A stretch of 64,000 nt of DNA from Macrostomum lignano. Lineage: Eukaryota. The stretch is taken from positions 22,500-86,499 of the forward strand of contig NIVC01003636.1 of NCBI GenBank assembly GCA_002269645.1, written 5' to 3'. Below, in pieces: positions 1 to 12,960 of the stretch. The translations under genes were made by a program, and so were the position numbers. The notes under the pieces are model-generated. The model worked only from the letters and a program-made list of their open reading frames with translations. It ran no database searches and had not been told where the DNA came from. The first letter of the stretch is position 1, and each line of letters starts with the position of its first letter.

Positions 1-424
1 GAATTAATAAATAAAAGGGGAAGCCTCATAATTCTGATTAAACACGGGGCAGGTGTCTAACAATATGAGGATTGAGGCGATAAGTGGCGAAGCGTGCACT
101 CAGCCCGGGGAGAAAAAAAGGGATTTCAGTGAGAAGAGGGAGCATGGGAAGAGGAAGAAAAGGCAGATGGGATGAGAGAAAGCGCGTTGAGGAACAGAGG
201 CAAACATCAGGTGAATAGGCGGGAAAAGATAGGGACCCAGGCCGGAGCCACACCCAATCTCAAATTAAAGCAAGACAGCAGGATGCTTGCCTCTTTTTTC
301 TGCTATAAAACATCCCATACAGTTAAAATAGGATAAAAAAACTAATTTAATCTGTAATTTCCCATATTAATCAACGCGATTGAAGCGCTATCTTTCAGTA
401 TGAAAAACTAATAATAATAATAAC

Positions 425-1021
425 CTGAAAAGACTGCCGGTTCTTAGTGACGGCGCTAGAGTGTGCGCTGGGGCCGTTTAGCAGCTCCATCAATAGGGAG
501 CCTTGCGACTGGCGCTTCTGTTGTTGTTGCTGCTGCTGCTGTTGCTGCTGCTGCTGCATAGCTGACAACTGAGCCATAGGCTGCTTATTACTATACGGCT
601 TTATCTCATCACCAGGGGCTCCGCCGTCTCCTGTAGTGCTCTGCGGAATTTCTGGCGGGCTTCTGCCCGGCCCAGGCTCCGGCGAGCGAGCGTTCGCGTC
701 TGGACTGCGGGCTACAACAGCGGCCGAGGCGGCTGATGATGAGGCTACAGCCTGCTGATAATCTGGCGGATTAGGATACAGCACAGGGCTGGCCAGAGTA
801 CTAGTTGAAGCACCGGGGCCCGTCAGCATCCTGCGCTCGACATTGGCTTCGCTAAGTTGGCTCATAAATTTATCGTGGCCGCCGAAATGCGGCTTCCAGA
901 TGTCCATCATTTTGCTGCGTATTTCTGCCGCCTTCTCCGGATTTGGTTTGCTGAAATTGCGATAGAGAACGCCCAGCTTGATCAGCTCCTGGCGGTCCCG
1001 CTCGTCCAGGTTTGCCAGCAC
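425..1021 (-). CDS. NCOA: NCOA/SRC/Taiman-like coactivator, coding exon 9 (helical segment, poly-Q, LxxLL motif); gene probably continues beyond window start
   Basis: Acceptor ccgcag|GTG at 1021, donor CAG|gttatt at 425; 597 nt, phase 0-0; contains SLLMELL (LxxLL). If the donor is not used, the frame stops at 395-397. Confidence 0.75.
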
Positions 1022-1090
1022 CTGCGGTAGTTGGGATTAATTCTTAGGCATTGAAGGAACTTTCAGGTCGCAATTGGAATCACTCAGAGA

Positions 1091-1637
<547 letters not shown>

Positions 1638-1826
1638 TGTCTTTCTGACTGTCTATCGGTCTATTTATCTGTCTAACTGTCTTTTTGTCTATCTGTCTAC
1701 ATGTATATCTATCGATTCAATAATTACCATCCTCTGTTGTATATTATATTTCTCATCTATCCTATATACTAAATCTTATCTAAATGTTCTAGTCACAAAT
1801 CAAACAGATCATAAAAGTACGCATAC

Positions 1827-1929
1827 CTGTTGTTTAATATCGTTTCTCTGCGGCAGTGGCAGTTGCTGCTGCTGCTGCTGCTGCTGCTGTTGAGAGTTTG
1901 GACTGATCAGTACGTTAGACAGATAACTA

Positions 1930-1961
<32 letters not shown>

Positions 1962-2475
1962 ATGTTGCACAGCTGATCGATTGAACATACTAGGCGCTGT
2001 TCCAGGTAATCTGTAACTAGTGTGCTGTTGCTGTTGCTGTTGCGACGAAGGCGGTGGCGGCGGCGGCGGCGGCGGCTGCTGCTGCTGAACTGTTGAAGAA
2101 GCAGCTGTTGCAGAATTAGGTCCGGAATTGTATCGAATATTGCTACTAGGGGTGCCAGGACTAGGACTAGTGAAAGTGGGAGAACGCATCTGCTGCTGCT
2201 GCTGCTGCTGGGGCTGCCTTTGCGCCGACAGGCCTAAAAAATCTTCTAGGTCCTGCGGCAGAGGCTGATAGTTCGACTGGACGGCGCTATTCAGGGACGC
2301 AGTCGAGGTTGCGGTGGATGCCGCGCTAGCCTGAGGAGCACCAGTTGTTGATGCAGCTGAACTGGCCGAAGATGCGGCCGCCGCTGCAGCCGATGGCGCG
2401 GCGGTTGCGGCGTACATGCGTTTCAACAGGCTGGCTGAAGCGGTGCCCTTCAGATCGCTTTCGGCCTCGCAGTCC
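1827..2475 (-). CDS. NCOA: NCOA-like coding exon 8 (end of PAS-B/PAC, then Q/P/S-rich region)
   Basis: Acceptor ttcatccgcag|G, donor CAG|gtatgc; 649 nt, phase 2-0; reads ...[21 protein letters not shown]... into poly-Q/poly-H/poly-P. Confidence 0.8.
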
Positions 2476-2501
2476 CTGCGGATGAAATCGAGAATGGCCA
2501 T

Positions 2502-3060
2502 TGTCACTCCCATTGTAACTCTTAATTTGCCACTCCTCTCAGTCTCACTCTCCTACTGTCACTCTCAATTTGTCACTCCCCTCAGTCTCACTCTCCCACT
2601 GTCACTCTCAATTTGTCACTCCCCTCAGTCTCACTCTCCCATTGTAACTCTTAATTTGCCACTCCTCTCAGTCTCACTCTCCCACTGTCACTCTCAATTT
2701 GTCACTCCCCTCAGTCTCACTCTCCCATTGTAACTCTTAATTTGCCACTCCTCTCAGTCTCACTTTCGCACTGTCACTCTTAATTTGCCACTCCCCTCAG
2801 TCACTCTCCCACTGTCACTCAATTTGCCACTCCTCTCAGTCTCACTTTCGCACTGTCACTCTTAATTTGCCACTCCCCTCAGTCACTCTCCCACTGTCAC
2901 TCAATTTGTCACTCCCCTCAGTCTCACTCTCCCACTGTCACTCTAAATTTGTCACTCCCCTCAGTCTCTCTCCCACTGTCACTCTCAATTTGTCACTCCC
3001 CTCAGTCTCACTCTCCCATTGTCACTCTCCTATTGTAAATTACCCCCCATTGTCACTCTT
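2502..3060. repeat. Intronic C/T-rich composite minisatellite (gtcactctc / aatttgccactc modules)
   Basis: Modules ttgtcactccc, ctcagtctcactctccc and ttaatttgccactc recur in tandem. Confidence 0.9.
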
Positions 3061-3131
3061 TCATTTTTTAATTTCAATACCCCTAATTAGGATATTTTCA
3101 CTCGCCATCAAAGTGATGTATGACTACTCAC

Positions 3132-3264
3132 CTGACAATACAATGAGTCGATAAGAAAATCTTATTATCCGGCCACAACTTGCTGCGCGTCTTCACGAAG
3201 GCGTATTGGCCTGTCGCAACCTGGCAGCGATAGACTGCGCTAGATGGGTCCTCTCTGTTGGACC
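3132..3264 (-). CDS. NCOA: NCOA-like coding exon 7 (PAC motif of PAS-B)
   Basis: ctctgcag|GG...GTCAG|gtgagt; 133 nt, phase 1-2; SSAVYRCQVATGQYAFVKTRSKLWPDNKIFLSTHCIVR resembles the NCOA PAC segment PVYRFSL.DGT.V.AQTKSKL...F.STHFL.RE. Confidence 0.85.
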
Positions 3265-3661
3265 CTGCAGAGTGTGGAGAGAATAGCGGCATACGCTAAA
3301 TAACTTTATTGACACTAGATACTACCATTAGGACTTTTAGCTACTGAACATTATCACCTATATATGGTCTGTAAGACTACCTGGCTAATAAACTTTAGCA
3401 GAGAAAATTTCAATTTATAATTGTTTCCGGATGCGCAGAATGCCAATAGGAAATTCTAAGTTTCTAACTGCGCCAGGCTTGGAAAATCTGACATTTTTAA
3501 CTACTGCCAATATTAATAAATCTCTGTCTATCCCTGTAGCACTAGGCTTGAACCCGCCTCACATTTTGCTTGACTAAATGGTAACTTTCGGATTTGTTTG
3601 ATAATGTCATACATCTGGTGCCTAGTTCTCCGTCTCTCGCCTAGCCTCTTTTTTAACGTCT

Positions 3662-4600
3662 GTCTCCTCACGTCTCTCGCTTTCTAGAGTCTCTCTTCTC
3701 ACGTCTCACGTCTCTCTCCTTCTCGAGTCTCTCTTCTCACGTCTCACGTCTCTCTCCTTCTCGAGTCTCTCTTTTCACGTCCCACGTTTCTCTCCTTCTA
3801 GAGTCTCTCTTCTCACGTCTCTCTCCTTCTCGAGTCTCTCTTCTCACATCTCACGTCTCTCTCCTTCTAGAGTCTCTCTTCTCACGTCCCACGTCTCTCT
3901 CCTTCTCGAGTCTCTCTTCTCACGTCTCACGTCTCTCTCCTTCTAGAGTCTCTCTTCTCACGTCCCACGTCTCTCTCCTTCTCGAGTCTCTCTTCTCACG
4001 TCCTACGTCTCTCTCCTTCTCGAGTCTCTCTTCTCAAGTCTCACGTCTCTCTCCTTCTAGAGTCTCTCTTCTCACGTCCCACGTCTCTCTCCTTCTCGAG
4101 TCTCTCTTCTCACGTCTCTCTCCTTCTAGAGTCTCTCTTCTCACGTCTCTCTCCTTCTCGAGTCTCTCTTCTCACGTCTCACGTCTCTCTCCTTATAGAG
4201 TCTCTCTTCTCACGTCTCACGTCTCTCTCCTAGCGTCTGTCTCCTCATGTCTCTTCTTCTCGAGTCTCTTCTCAAGTTCTCACGTCTCACGTCTCTCTCC
4301 TTCTCACGTCTCTCTTCTCACGTTTCGCGTCTCCCTCCTAGCATCCGTCTCCTTACATATTTCTTCTTCTCGAGTCTCTCTTCTCACGTCTCTCGTAGCG
4401 TATGTCTTCTTCTCATGTCTCACGTAACACGCCTCTTTCCTTCTCGAGTCTCTCTTCTCACGTTTCATGTCTCAGGTCTCACGTCTCCCTCCTTCTCACA
4501 TCTCTCATTGCGTCTCTCTTCTCAAGTCTCACAACTTACCCTCGCCTTATTCTCACGTCTCTCTTTTTAAGTCCCTTATCTCATATCATTCTCAGGCATC
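3662..4600. repeat. Intronic minisatellite (ctcacgt)1-2 ctctctccttct(c/a)gagtctctctt, ~29-36 bp units
   Basis: Direct tandem copies, degenerating toward ~4600. Confidence 0.9.
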
Positions 4601-4793
4601 ACGTCTCTTCCGGTTCTCATAAATTACGTATCCGTCATTCTCATCTCACAGCTCTCATCGGTCTCTTCTCTCAGTTGCATCTAATCTTCGTCTAATATTG
4701 TCAAACGTATCCTTTAAAACCTGCAGACTCCCAGATGCGATACAAACAAATGAATAATAATTATTTATAACACCAAAAAAGGCAATAACTCAC

Positions 4794-4909
4794 CAATCTC
4801 GTCAACATGACTCAGCCAAATATGCCGATCAGTGGCAAGCACCAAATCCGACCAATTCTTATTGACAAAGAAACTCGATGTTATGCCTCGCTGACTGGAC
4901 AAATTCGCG
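4794..4909 (-). CDS. NCOA: NCOA-like coding exon 6 (PAS-B core)
   Basis: ttttccag|C...ATTG|gtgagt; 116 nt, phase 2-1; ANLSSQRGITSSFFVNKNWSDLVLATDRHIWLSHVDEI. Confidence 0.75.
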
Positions 4910-6334
4910 CTGGAAAATTATTATAAATATTGTTTTGTTTGTTTACATTTACTAATTTATAATTACTACTAATACTAATATTATTATTAATGATCCGAGC
5001 TTTTATAAGCTAACAAGAATAAATCTAAACTATAACAAACGCTGAAATATTTGATATGCACACAAACTAGCAAATACAACTCAGATATATATATATAATA
5101 TCTATCTTTTCTTTCTAGCTTTCAAGTTCTAAAAGCAAAAGATTGGCGCATAAAGCTCTCCCTCTCCGCCTCCCCCCACCCCCACCGTCACAACCCTTAC
5201 CCTCCGCCAACGGCAAAGACACGCTACGGGGTGAGGTGGTTGGGCGCAAAAGCAGAAAAGCAAATGGGCTGGCCTAGCCGGCTTGCATTGCATGCAATGC
5301 GTGCCTTGTGTGCGTGCATGCTAGGCCTGACTAGACTACTATGTAAGCTGCCTATTGCTAGCACTGGCTTTGGCCAAGCCGCAAACCCCAGGCCTCCCTC
5401 ATCCTGGCCTCCCCCACACCCCACATCGCGCCAACCCCCCGCCCCCGCCCAACCAAAAAACAGAGCCCCACGCCGCCTCTGGCTGTTGCAGACTTTTAGC
5501 ACAAGCGAAACACGACGTGCTGCAACAACCCAACAACCCAACCCCTTTTTTGGCTATTATACACTGCTGCTGCCGCTTCTGCGTTTAGACAGAGGCAGGC
5601 AGACAGACAGACAGACAGACAGACACAGACATATTTGCCTCTAAAAACTACTTAGGCAACTGAGAGGCAAGGCGAGGCCTAGGCGAGGAGGGTAGAGAGG
5701 GTAAGAGAGAGGGGTAAAGAGAGAGGTTGGCGACGCCAATTTTAAGGACACGACACGCGAGAGGGAGAGAAGAAGAGAGAGAGGAGGGGCGAGAGTCGTA
5801 CATATACAGTAAGTATTAGATAGAACTCTGCCATGGGGTAAGCGGGAAGGACAGAAGAAGCCCCCCCCCGTCCGCAAGACATACATTTCCCGCTACTGCC
5901 GCTGCACTGCACTAAGCCCCCCTCTCTCCCTCCCTCTCTACGAAATTGTAGTTTCCCTGTACGCCCATGCTGTGTAGCAAATAAGAAACCTGCGGAGATA
6001 TAGCTAGTCAGAGAGGAGAGTTGAGAACTTAGTGTCTAAAATGACAGGGACAGAATAGACTGGCAGAAATAGGAACACAAATATGAATTGAAAAAAGTGG
6101 CTAACACACAGGCTAATGGGTAAAGAAAACAGTAGTTTAATACTCAATGTACATTAAGGCTTGCCAGCAATAAAAAAGCAGATGTAGCAAATGAAAGGCA
6201 AATAGACACAGTAAGTAGAGAATATACTCCAGTCTCTAAATGAGATATCAAGGCTAATACGAGGCACACTAAGATTTAATTCCGATGTGGCTCAAAAGTT
6301 TAAAATACACTTAATTGAAAATGTGTTCATGTGT

Positions 6335-6991
6335 GAATTCATAAGTGAGTTTATGAGTGAGTTTATGAGTGAGTTGATGAGTGAGTTGATGACTGACTTT
6401 ATGAGTAAGCTTTAGAGTGAGTTCATGAGTGAGATCATGAGTGAGATCATGAGTGAGATCATGAGTGAGATTATGAGTGAGTTCATGAGTGAGTTCATGA
6501 GTGAGATCATGAGTGAGATCATGAGTGAGTTCATGAGTGAGATCATGGGTGAGATCATGAGTGAGTTCATGGGTGAGATCATGAGTGAGTTCATGGGTGA
6601 GATCATGAGTGAGTTCATGAGTGAGATCATGAGTGAGATCATGAGTGAGATCATGAGTGAGTTCATGAGTGAGATCATGAGTGAGTTCATGAGTGAGTTC
6701 ATGGGTGAGATCATGAGTGAGATCATGAGTGAGTTCATGAGTGAGTTCATGAGTGAGTTCATGGGTGAGATCATGAGTGAGATCATGAGTGAGTTCATGA
6801 GTGAGTTCATGAGTGAGTTCATGAGTGAGATCATGAGTGAGATCATGAGTGAGTTCATGAGTGAGATCATGAGTGAGTTCATGAGTGAGATCATGGGTGA
6901 GATCATGAGTGAGTTCATGGGTGAGATCATGAGTGAGATCTTGAGTGAGTTCATGAGTGAGTTCATGAGTGAGATCATGAGTGAGTTCATG
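6335..6991. repeat. 12-bp minisatellite ATG(A/G)GTGAG(A/T)TC
   Basis: About 50 tandem units; explains ORFs 6412-7026 and 6425-7036. Confidence 0.95.
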
Positions 6992-7596
6992 AGCATTGAG
7001 CGAGATACCGCTATGAACGCAGCCAACCTATCCTAGACGCACGTGACTTCAAAGTGGATGCTTAAATTTTCATTATTTTCTAGAAAAAAAACTTTACGAA
7101 GGGTTATTGAGAGCAGCCAGACCTTTTAAAAAACACTAGAGCATTTACTTCTCTAAATGAGCTGAGCACGCTAACTTGGTATATAAGTTGTCAAACAAGT
7201 TGCACACACTCCATTAGGCTCTAGCTCTGCCCAGTCCAGGTCACATACAATTTGGCGAACGGGCATAAAAATTGCAAATATTAATTTTGGTTTGCAGGGG
7301 GCACCGTCATTTTATAAACATAATTTCTGCTGGTCTAGCAAATAGACAGAACGCTACCCAACCTTACAGCCCTAATAGTCAATTCATTTTGACTATGAAC
7401 CATGAGATTAGTTATGGTCAGCACGGCGGTATATATACTCTAGTGGTATTCATTGTTGCATAATTCATTTCTGCATGCAACCAAAACAATAAAAAACTTT
7501 TATACATTGCATCGAGGATATTAGCAATACCAGTGTATGCATGCGTAGTAGTCTTGCAAAATACAATAAAGGCGGCCAAATCCACTGTCCATGTCT

Positions 7597-10227
7597 CCAT
7601 ATTCTACCCCTCTATCTACTGTCTATTTCTTACTATTCTACCCCTATATCTACTGTCTATTTCTCACTATTCTACCCCTCTATCTACTGTATATTTCTTA
7701 CTATTCTACCCCTATATCTACTGTATATTTCTCACTATTCTACCCCTCTATCTACTGTCTATTTCTTACTATTCTACCCCTCTATCTACTGTCTTTTTCT
7801 CACTATTCTACCCCTCTATCTACTGTCTATTTCTTACTATTCTACCCCTATATCTACTGTATATTTCTCACTATTCTACCCCTCTATCTACTGTCTATTT
7901 CTTACTATTCTACCCCTCTATCTACTGTCTGCAATTTTTCAATATTCTACCCCTCTATCTACTGTCTATTTCTTACTATTCTACCCCTCTATCTACTGTA
8001 TATTTCTTACTATTCTACCCCTCTATCTACTGTCTATTTCTTACTATTCTACCCCTCTATCTACTGTATATTTCTTACTATTCTACCCCTCTATCTACTG
8101 TCTATTTCTTACTATTCTACCCCTCTATCTACTGTCTATTTCTTACTATTCTACACCTCTATCTACTGTCTTTTTCTCACTATTCTACCCCTCTATCTAC
8201 TGTCTATTTCTTACTATTCTACCCCTCTATCTACTGTCTATTTCTTACTATTCTACCCCTCTATCTACTGTCTACTTCTTACTATTCTACCCCTCTATCT
8301 ACTGTATATTTCTTACTATTATACCACTCTATCTACTGTCTGCTATTTTTCACTATTCTACCCCTCTATCTACTGTCTATTTCTTACTATTCTACCCCTC
8401 TATCTACTGTCTATTTCTCACTATTCTACCCCTCTATCTACTGTCTATTTCTCACTATTCTACCCCTCTATCTACTGTCTATTTTTTACTATTCTACCCC
8501 TCTATCTACTGTCTGCTATGTCTCACTATTCTACCCCTCTATCTACTGTCTGCTATTTTTCACTATTCTACCCCTTTATCTACTGTCTACCATGTCTCAC
8601 TATTCTACCCCTCTATCTACTGTCTACCATGTCTCACTATTCTACCCCTCTATCTACTGTCTACCATGTCTCACTATTCTACTCCTCTATCTACTGTCTA
8701 CCATGTCTCACTATTCTACCCCTTTATCTACTGTCTACCATGTCTCACTATTCTACCCCTCTATCTACTGTCTACCATGTCTCACTATTCTACCCCTCTA
8801 TCTACTGTCTGCTATGTCTCACTATTCTACCCCTCTATCTACTGTCTTTTTCTCACTATTCTACCCCTCTATCTACTGTCTTTTTCTTACTATTCTACCC
8901 CTATATCTACTGTATATTTCTCACTATTCTACCCCTCTATCTACTGTCTATTTCTTACTATTCTACCCCTCTATCTACTGTCTATTTCTTACTATTCTAC
9001 CCCTCTATCTACTGTCTGCAATTTTTCAATATTCTACCCCTCTATCTACTGTCTATTTCTTACTATTCTACCCCTCTATCTACTGTATATTTCTTACTAT
9101 TCTACCCCTCTATCTACTGTCTATTTCTTACTATTCTACCCCTCTATCTACTGTATATTTCTTACTATTCTACCCCTCTATCTACTGTCTATTTCTTACT
9201 ATTCTACCCCTCTATCTACTGTCTATTTCTTACTATTCTACCCCTCTATCTACTGTCTTTTTCTCACTATTCTACCCCTCTATCTACTGTCTATTTCTTA
9301 CTATTCTACCCCTCTATCTACTGTCTGCTTCTTACTATTCTACCCCTCTATCTACTGTATATTTCTTACTATTATACCACTCTATCTACTGTCTGCTATT
9401 TTTCACTATTCTACCCCTCTATCTACTGTCTATTTCTTACTATTCTACCCCTCTATCTACTGTCTATTTCTTACTATTCTACCCCTCTATCTACTGTCTA
9501 TTTCTCACTATTCTACCCCTCTATCTACTGTCTATTTCTCACTATTCTACCCCTCTATCTACTGTCTATTTTTTACTATTCTACCCCTCTATCTACTGTC
9601 TGCTATGTCTCACTATTCTACCCCTCTATCTACTGTCTGCTATTTTTCACTATTCTACCCCTTTATCTACTGTCTACCATGTCTCACTATTCTACCCCTC
9701 TATCTACTGTCTACCATGTCTCACTATTCTACTCCTCTATCTACTGTCTACCATGTCTCACTATTCTACCCCTTTATCTACTGTCTACCATGTCTCACTA
9801 TTCTACCCCTCTATCTACTGTCTACCATGTCTCACTATTCTACCCCTCTATCTACTGTCTGCTATGTCTCACTATTCTACTCCTCTATCTACTGTCTACC
9901 ATGTCTCACTATTCTACCCCTCTATCTACTGTCTACCATGTCTCACTATTCTACCCCTCTATCTACTGTCTACCATGTCTCACTATTCTACCCCTCTATC
10001 TACTGTCTACCATGTCTCACTATTCTACCCCTCTATCTACTGTCTACCATGTCTCACTATTCTACCCCTCTATCTACTGTCTACCATGTCTCACTATTCT
10101 ACCCCTCTATCTACTGTCTACCATGTCTCACTATTCTACCCCTCTATCTACTGTCTACCATGTCTCACTATTCTACCCCTCTATCTACTGTCTACCATGT
10201 CTCACTATTCTACCCCTCTATCTACTG
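7597..10227. repeat. 29/32-bp minisatellite ctattctacccctctatctactgtct(atttctta / accatgtctca)
   Basis: About 2.6 kb tandem array; explains the three ~900-aa repetitive ORFs. Confidence 0.97.
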
Positions 10228-10325
10228 TTTATTTCTGACTGGATTATTCAGACTGGATGACTGCATTAGTTGATGCAGTGTCTAATTACAAAAAAAATAT
10301 TTCCAGTTAAATTTTAAGAACGCAC

Positions 10326-10923
10326 CTGCAAGAAGCGGACAGTACGCACTGCTCCGTTAACGAATAGGAATGCCTACAGGTGATATGGTCCATCACTGTC
10401 TCGTTCAATGCTCCGCTGCCGCCTCCTCTTTTAGTAGCAGTATTATTATTATTATTATTGTTTCTATTGATATGATTGCCGCAGACAGTTCCAGGAAATG
10501 GGTGCTCCAGTCCGGCCACACCAGACGAACTTCGAACGCTACTAACAGGAGATACGGATTGTGGAGCGGACTGGTGCAGCTGGTGTAAATCCTCGCTTTT
10601 AATGGAAGATTCGCCTATAGATAGGGGAGCATTGTGCGGCAACGATTGAGGCTGCTGCTGCTGCTGCTGCGGTGAAGCAGATGACGGACGGATCACCGCA
10701 GTCAGAACAGAGTCTGTCGGTTCACTTTTAACCGACATGGGATTAGGAACGGAAGGCGAATGAAGGCTAGCAGCCGGCGTTTCCGCTTGTGCCGTTGTGG
10801 CAGCAACAATGCTACACTGTTGCTGCTGCTGTTGCTGACTAGAAGACGCTAAAGAACTTGGCGTCGATACGGTAACCACCGTCTTTGGTTTCAGCAGGCA
10901 GACCAGAGACGACTGGGGAGCAC
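10326..10923 (-). CDS. NCOA: NCOA-like coding exon 5 (end of PAS-A, S/Q-rich linker, start of PAS-B)
   Basis: ctctatccag|GT...TGCAG|gtgcgt; 598 nt, phase 1-2; SSLVCLLKPK...DHITCRHSYSLTEQ. Confidence 0.75.
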
Positions 10924-10999
10924 CTGGATAGAGCGATTAATAAATAATTACAGCGATAATTTGAGATCTTTTATTATCTGCGACTCTGATGGGCGCTTT

Positions 11000-11262
11000 T
11001 AATATGATTCTGGGGCCGTAGACTATTGCGCGGCGCACCTGAAAGCTGCGTACGGCTGTTCAGTCCAAGGATTCTAGAGTCACCGCACACACCTTCAATT
11101 ACCCCAGCTAATGCTGGCAACCATTTTACAGCTGGGTGAACTGAAGCAATGCAGAGTTAAGTGTCTTGCTGAAGGACACAAATTGTTCCGATTGGTTCAG
11201 GAATCGAACCCCCGACCTTCAAGTCATGAGTCCGACGCTCTGACCACTAGGCCACAACCCCC
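11000..11262 (-). mobile_element. tRNA-derived CORE-type SINE
   Basis: Reverse strand: A-box TGGCCTAGTGG, B-box GGTTCGATTCC, then tgtgtccttcagcaagacacttaactctgcattgcttcagttcacccagctgtaaaatgg, which resembles the MIR/CORE domain; 3' end approximate. Confidence 0.75.
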
Positions 11263-12738
11263 ACTAGGTTACAACCCCTACTAGTCTACAACCCCCTACT
11301 AGGCCACAACCCCCTACTAGGCTACAACCCCCCACAAGGCTACAAACCCCACTAGGCTACAACCCCCCACAAGGCTAAAACCCCCCACTAGGCTACAACC
11401 CCCCACAAGGCTAAAACCCCCCATAAGGCTACAACCCCCACAAGGCTACAACCCCCCACAAGGCTACAACCCCCACAAGGCTACAAACCGCACTAGGCTA
11501 CAACCCCCCACAAGGCTACAAACCCCCACAAGGCTAAAACCCCCCACTAGGCTACAACCCCCCATAAGGCTACAACCCCCCACTAGGCTACAACCCCCCA
11601 CTAGGCTACAACCCCCCACTAGGCTACAACCCCCCACTAGGCTAAAACCTCCCACTAGGCTAAAACCCCCCACTAGGCTACAACCCCCCATAAGGCTACA
11701 ACCCCCCATAAGGCTACAACCCCCCACAAGGCTACAACCCCCCACAAGGCTAAACCCCCCACTAGGCTACAACCCCCCACAAGGCTACAACCCCCCACAA
11801 GGCTACAACCCCCACTAAGCTACAACCCCCACTAGGCTACAACCCCCTCACTAGGCTACAACCCCCACTAGGCTACAACCCCCCACTAGGCTACAACCCC
11901 CACTAGGCTACAACCCCCTCACTAGGCTACAACCCCCACTAGGCTACAACCCCCCACAAGGCTACAACCCCCACTAGGCTACAACCCCCACTAAGCTACA
12001 ACCCCCCACTAGGCTACAACCCCCCACTAGGCTACAACCCCATCACTAGGCTACAACCATTTACTAGGCTACAACCCCCCACTAGGCTACAACCCCCTAC
12101 TAGGCTACAACCCCCTACTAGGCTACAACCCCCTACTAGGCTACAACCCCTTACTAGGCTACAACCCCCTACTAGGCTACAACCCCCTACTAGGCTACAA
12201 CCCCTTACTAGGCTACAACGTCCTACTAGGCTACAACCCCCTACTAGGCTACAACCCCCTACTAGGCTACAACCCCCTACTAGGCTACAACCCCCTACTA
12301 GGCTACAACCCCTTACTAGGCTACAACCCCCTACTAGGCTACAACCCCTTACTAGGCTACAACGTCCTACTAGGCTACAACCCCCTACTAGGCTACAACC
12401 CCCTACTAGGCTACAACCCCCTACTAGGCTACAACCCCCTACTAGGCTACAACCCCTTACTAGGCTACAACCCCCTACTAGGCTACAACCCCCTACTAGG
12501 CTACAACCCCTTACTAGGCTACAACCCCCTACTAGGCTACAACCCCTTACTAGGCTACAACGTCCTACTAGGCTACAACCCCCTACTAGGCTACAACCCC
12601 TTACTAGGCTACAACCCCCTACTAGGCTACAACCCCCTACTAGGCTACAACCCCCTACTAGGCTACAACCCCCTACTAGGCTACAACCCCTTACTAGGCT
12701 ACAACCCTTTACTAGGCTACAACCCCCTACTAGGCTAC
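11245..12738. repeat. 17-19-bp minisatellite (c/t)actaggctacaaccccc derived from the SINE 5' end
   Basis: About 80 units; first unit is continuous with the SINE head (cactaggccacaacccc). Confidence 0.95.
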
Positions 12739-12781
12739 AGCCCGCTGACATCCAAGCAACATGCAACATACAAGCACATAC

Positions 12782-12913
12782 GCAGGCACGCAGTCGTACA
12801 CCGCTCACACAGAGTGTACATCGCATTACCCTGACCAGACCTAATCGCCAGGCATTTACACACTCTGTGATCTGTGGCGCTCACCGATGAACCGACGAAA
12901 CGAGTTTTTACCC
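12782..12913 (-). CDS. NCOA: NCOA-like coding exon 4 (PAS-A C-terminal strands)
   Basis: caacttag|GG...CTGC|gtatgt; 132 nt, phase 1-1; follows a 47-nt intron; phases close the reading frame between exons 3 and 5. Confidence 0.6.
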
Positions 12914-12960
12914 CTAAGTTGCTCTGCCCACCCACAAGCAAACCATTAATTAATACTCAC

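Noticed and set aside
6412-7036. MSEI / SLMN repeat ORFs on both strands
   Set aside because: 12-bp minisatellite; no unique coding sequence or splice context
7533-10273. Three ~900-aa plus-strand ORFs
   Set aside because: All three frames give the same peptide repeat from a 29/32-bp minisatellite in an intron of a minus-strand gene
11195-11262. tRNA-Met(CAT)-like gene
   Set aside because: Anticodon and acceptor stems pair poorly and the sequence continues into a CORE-like SINE body; it is a SINE head
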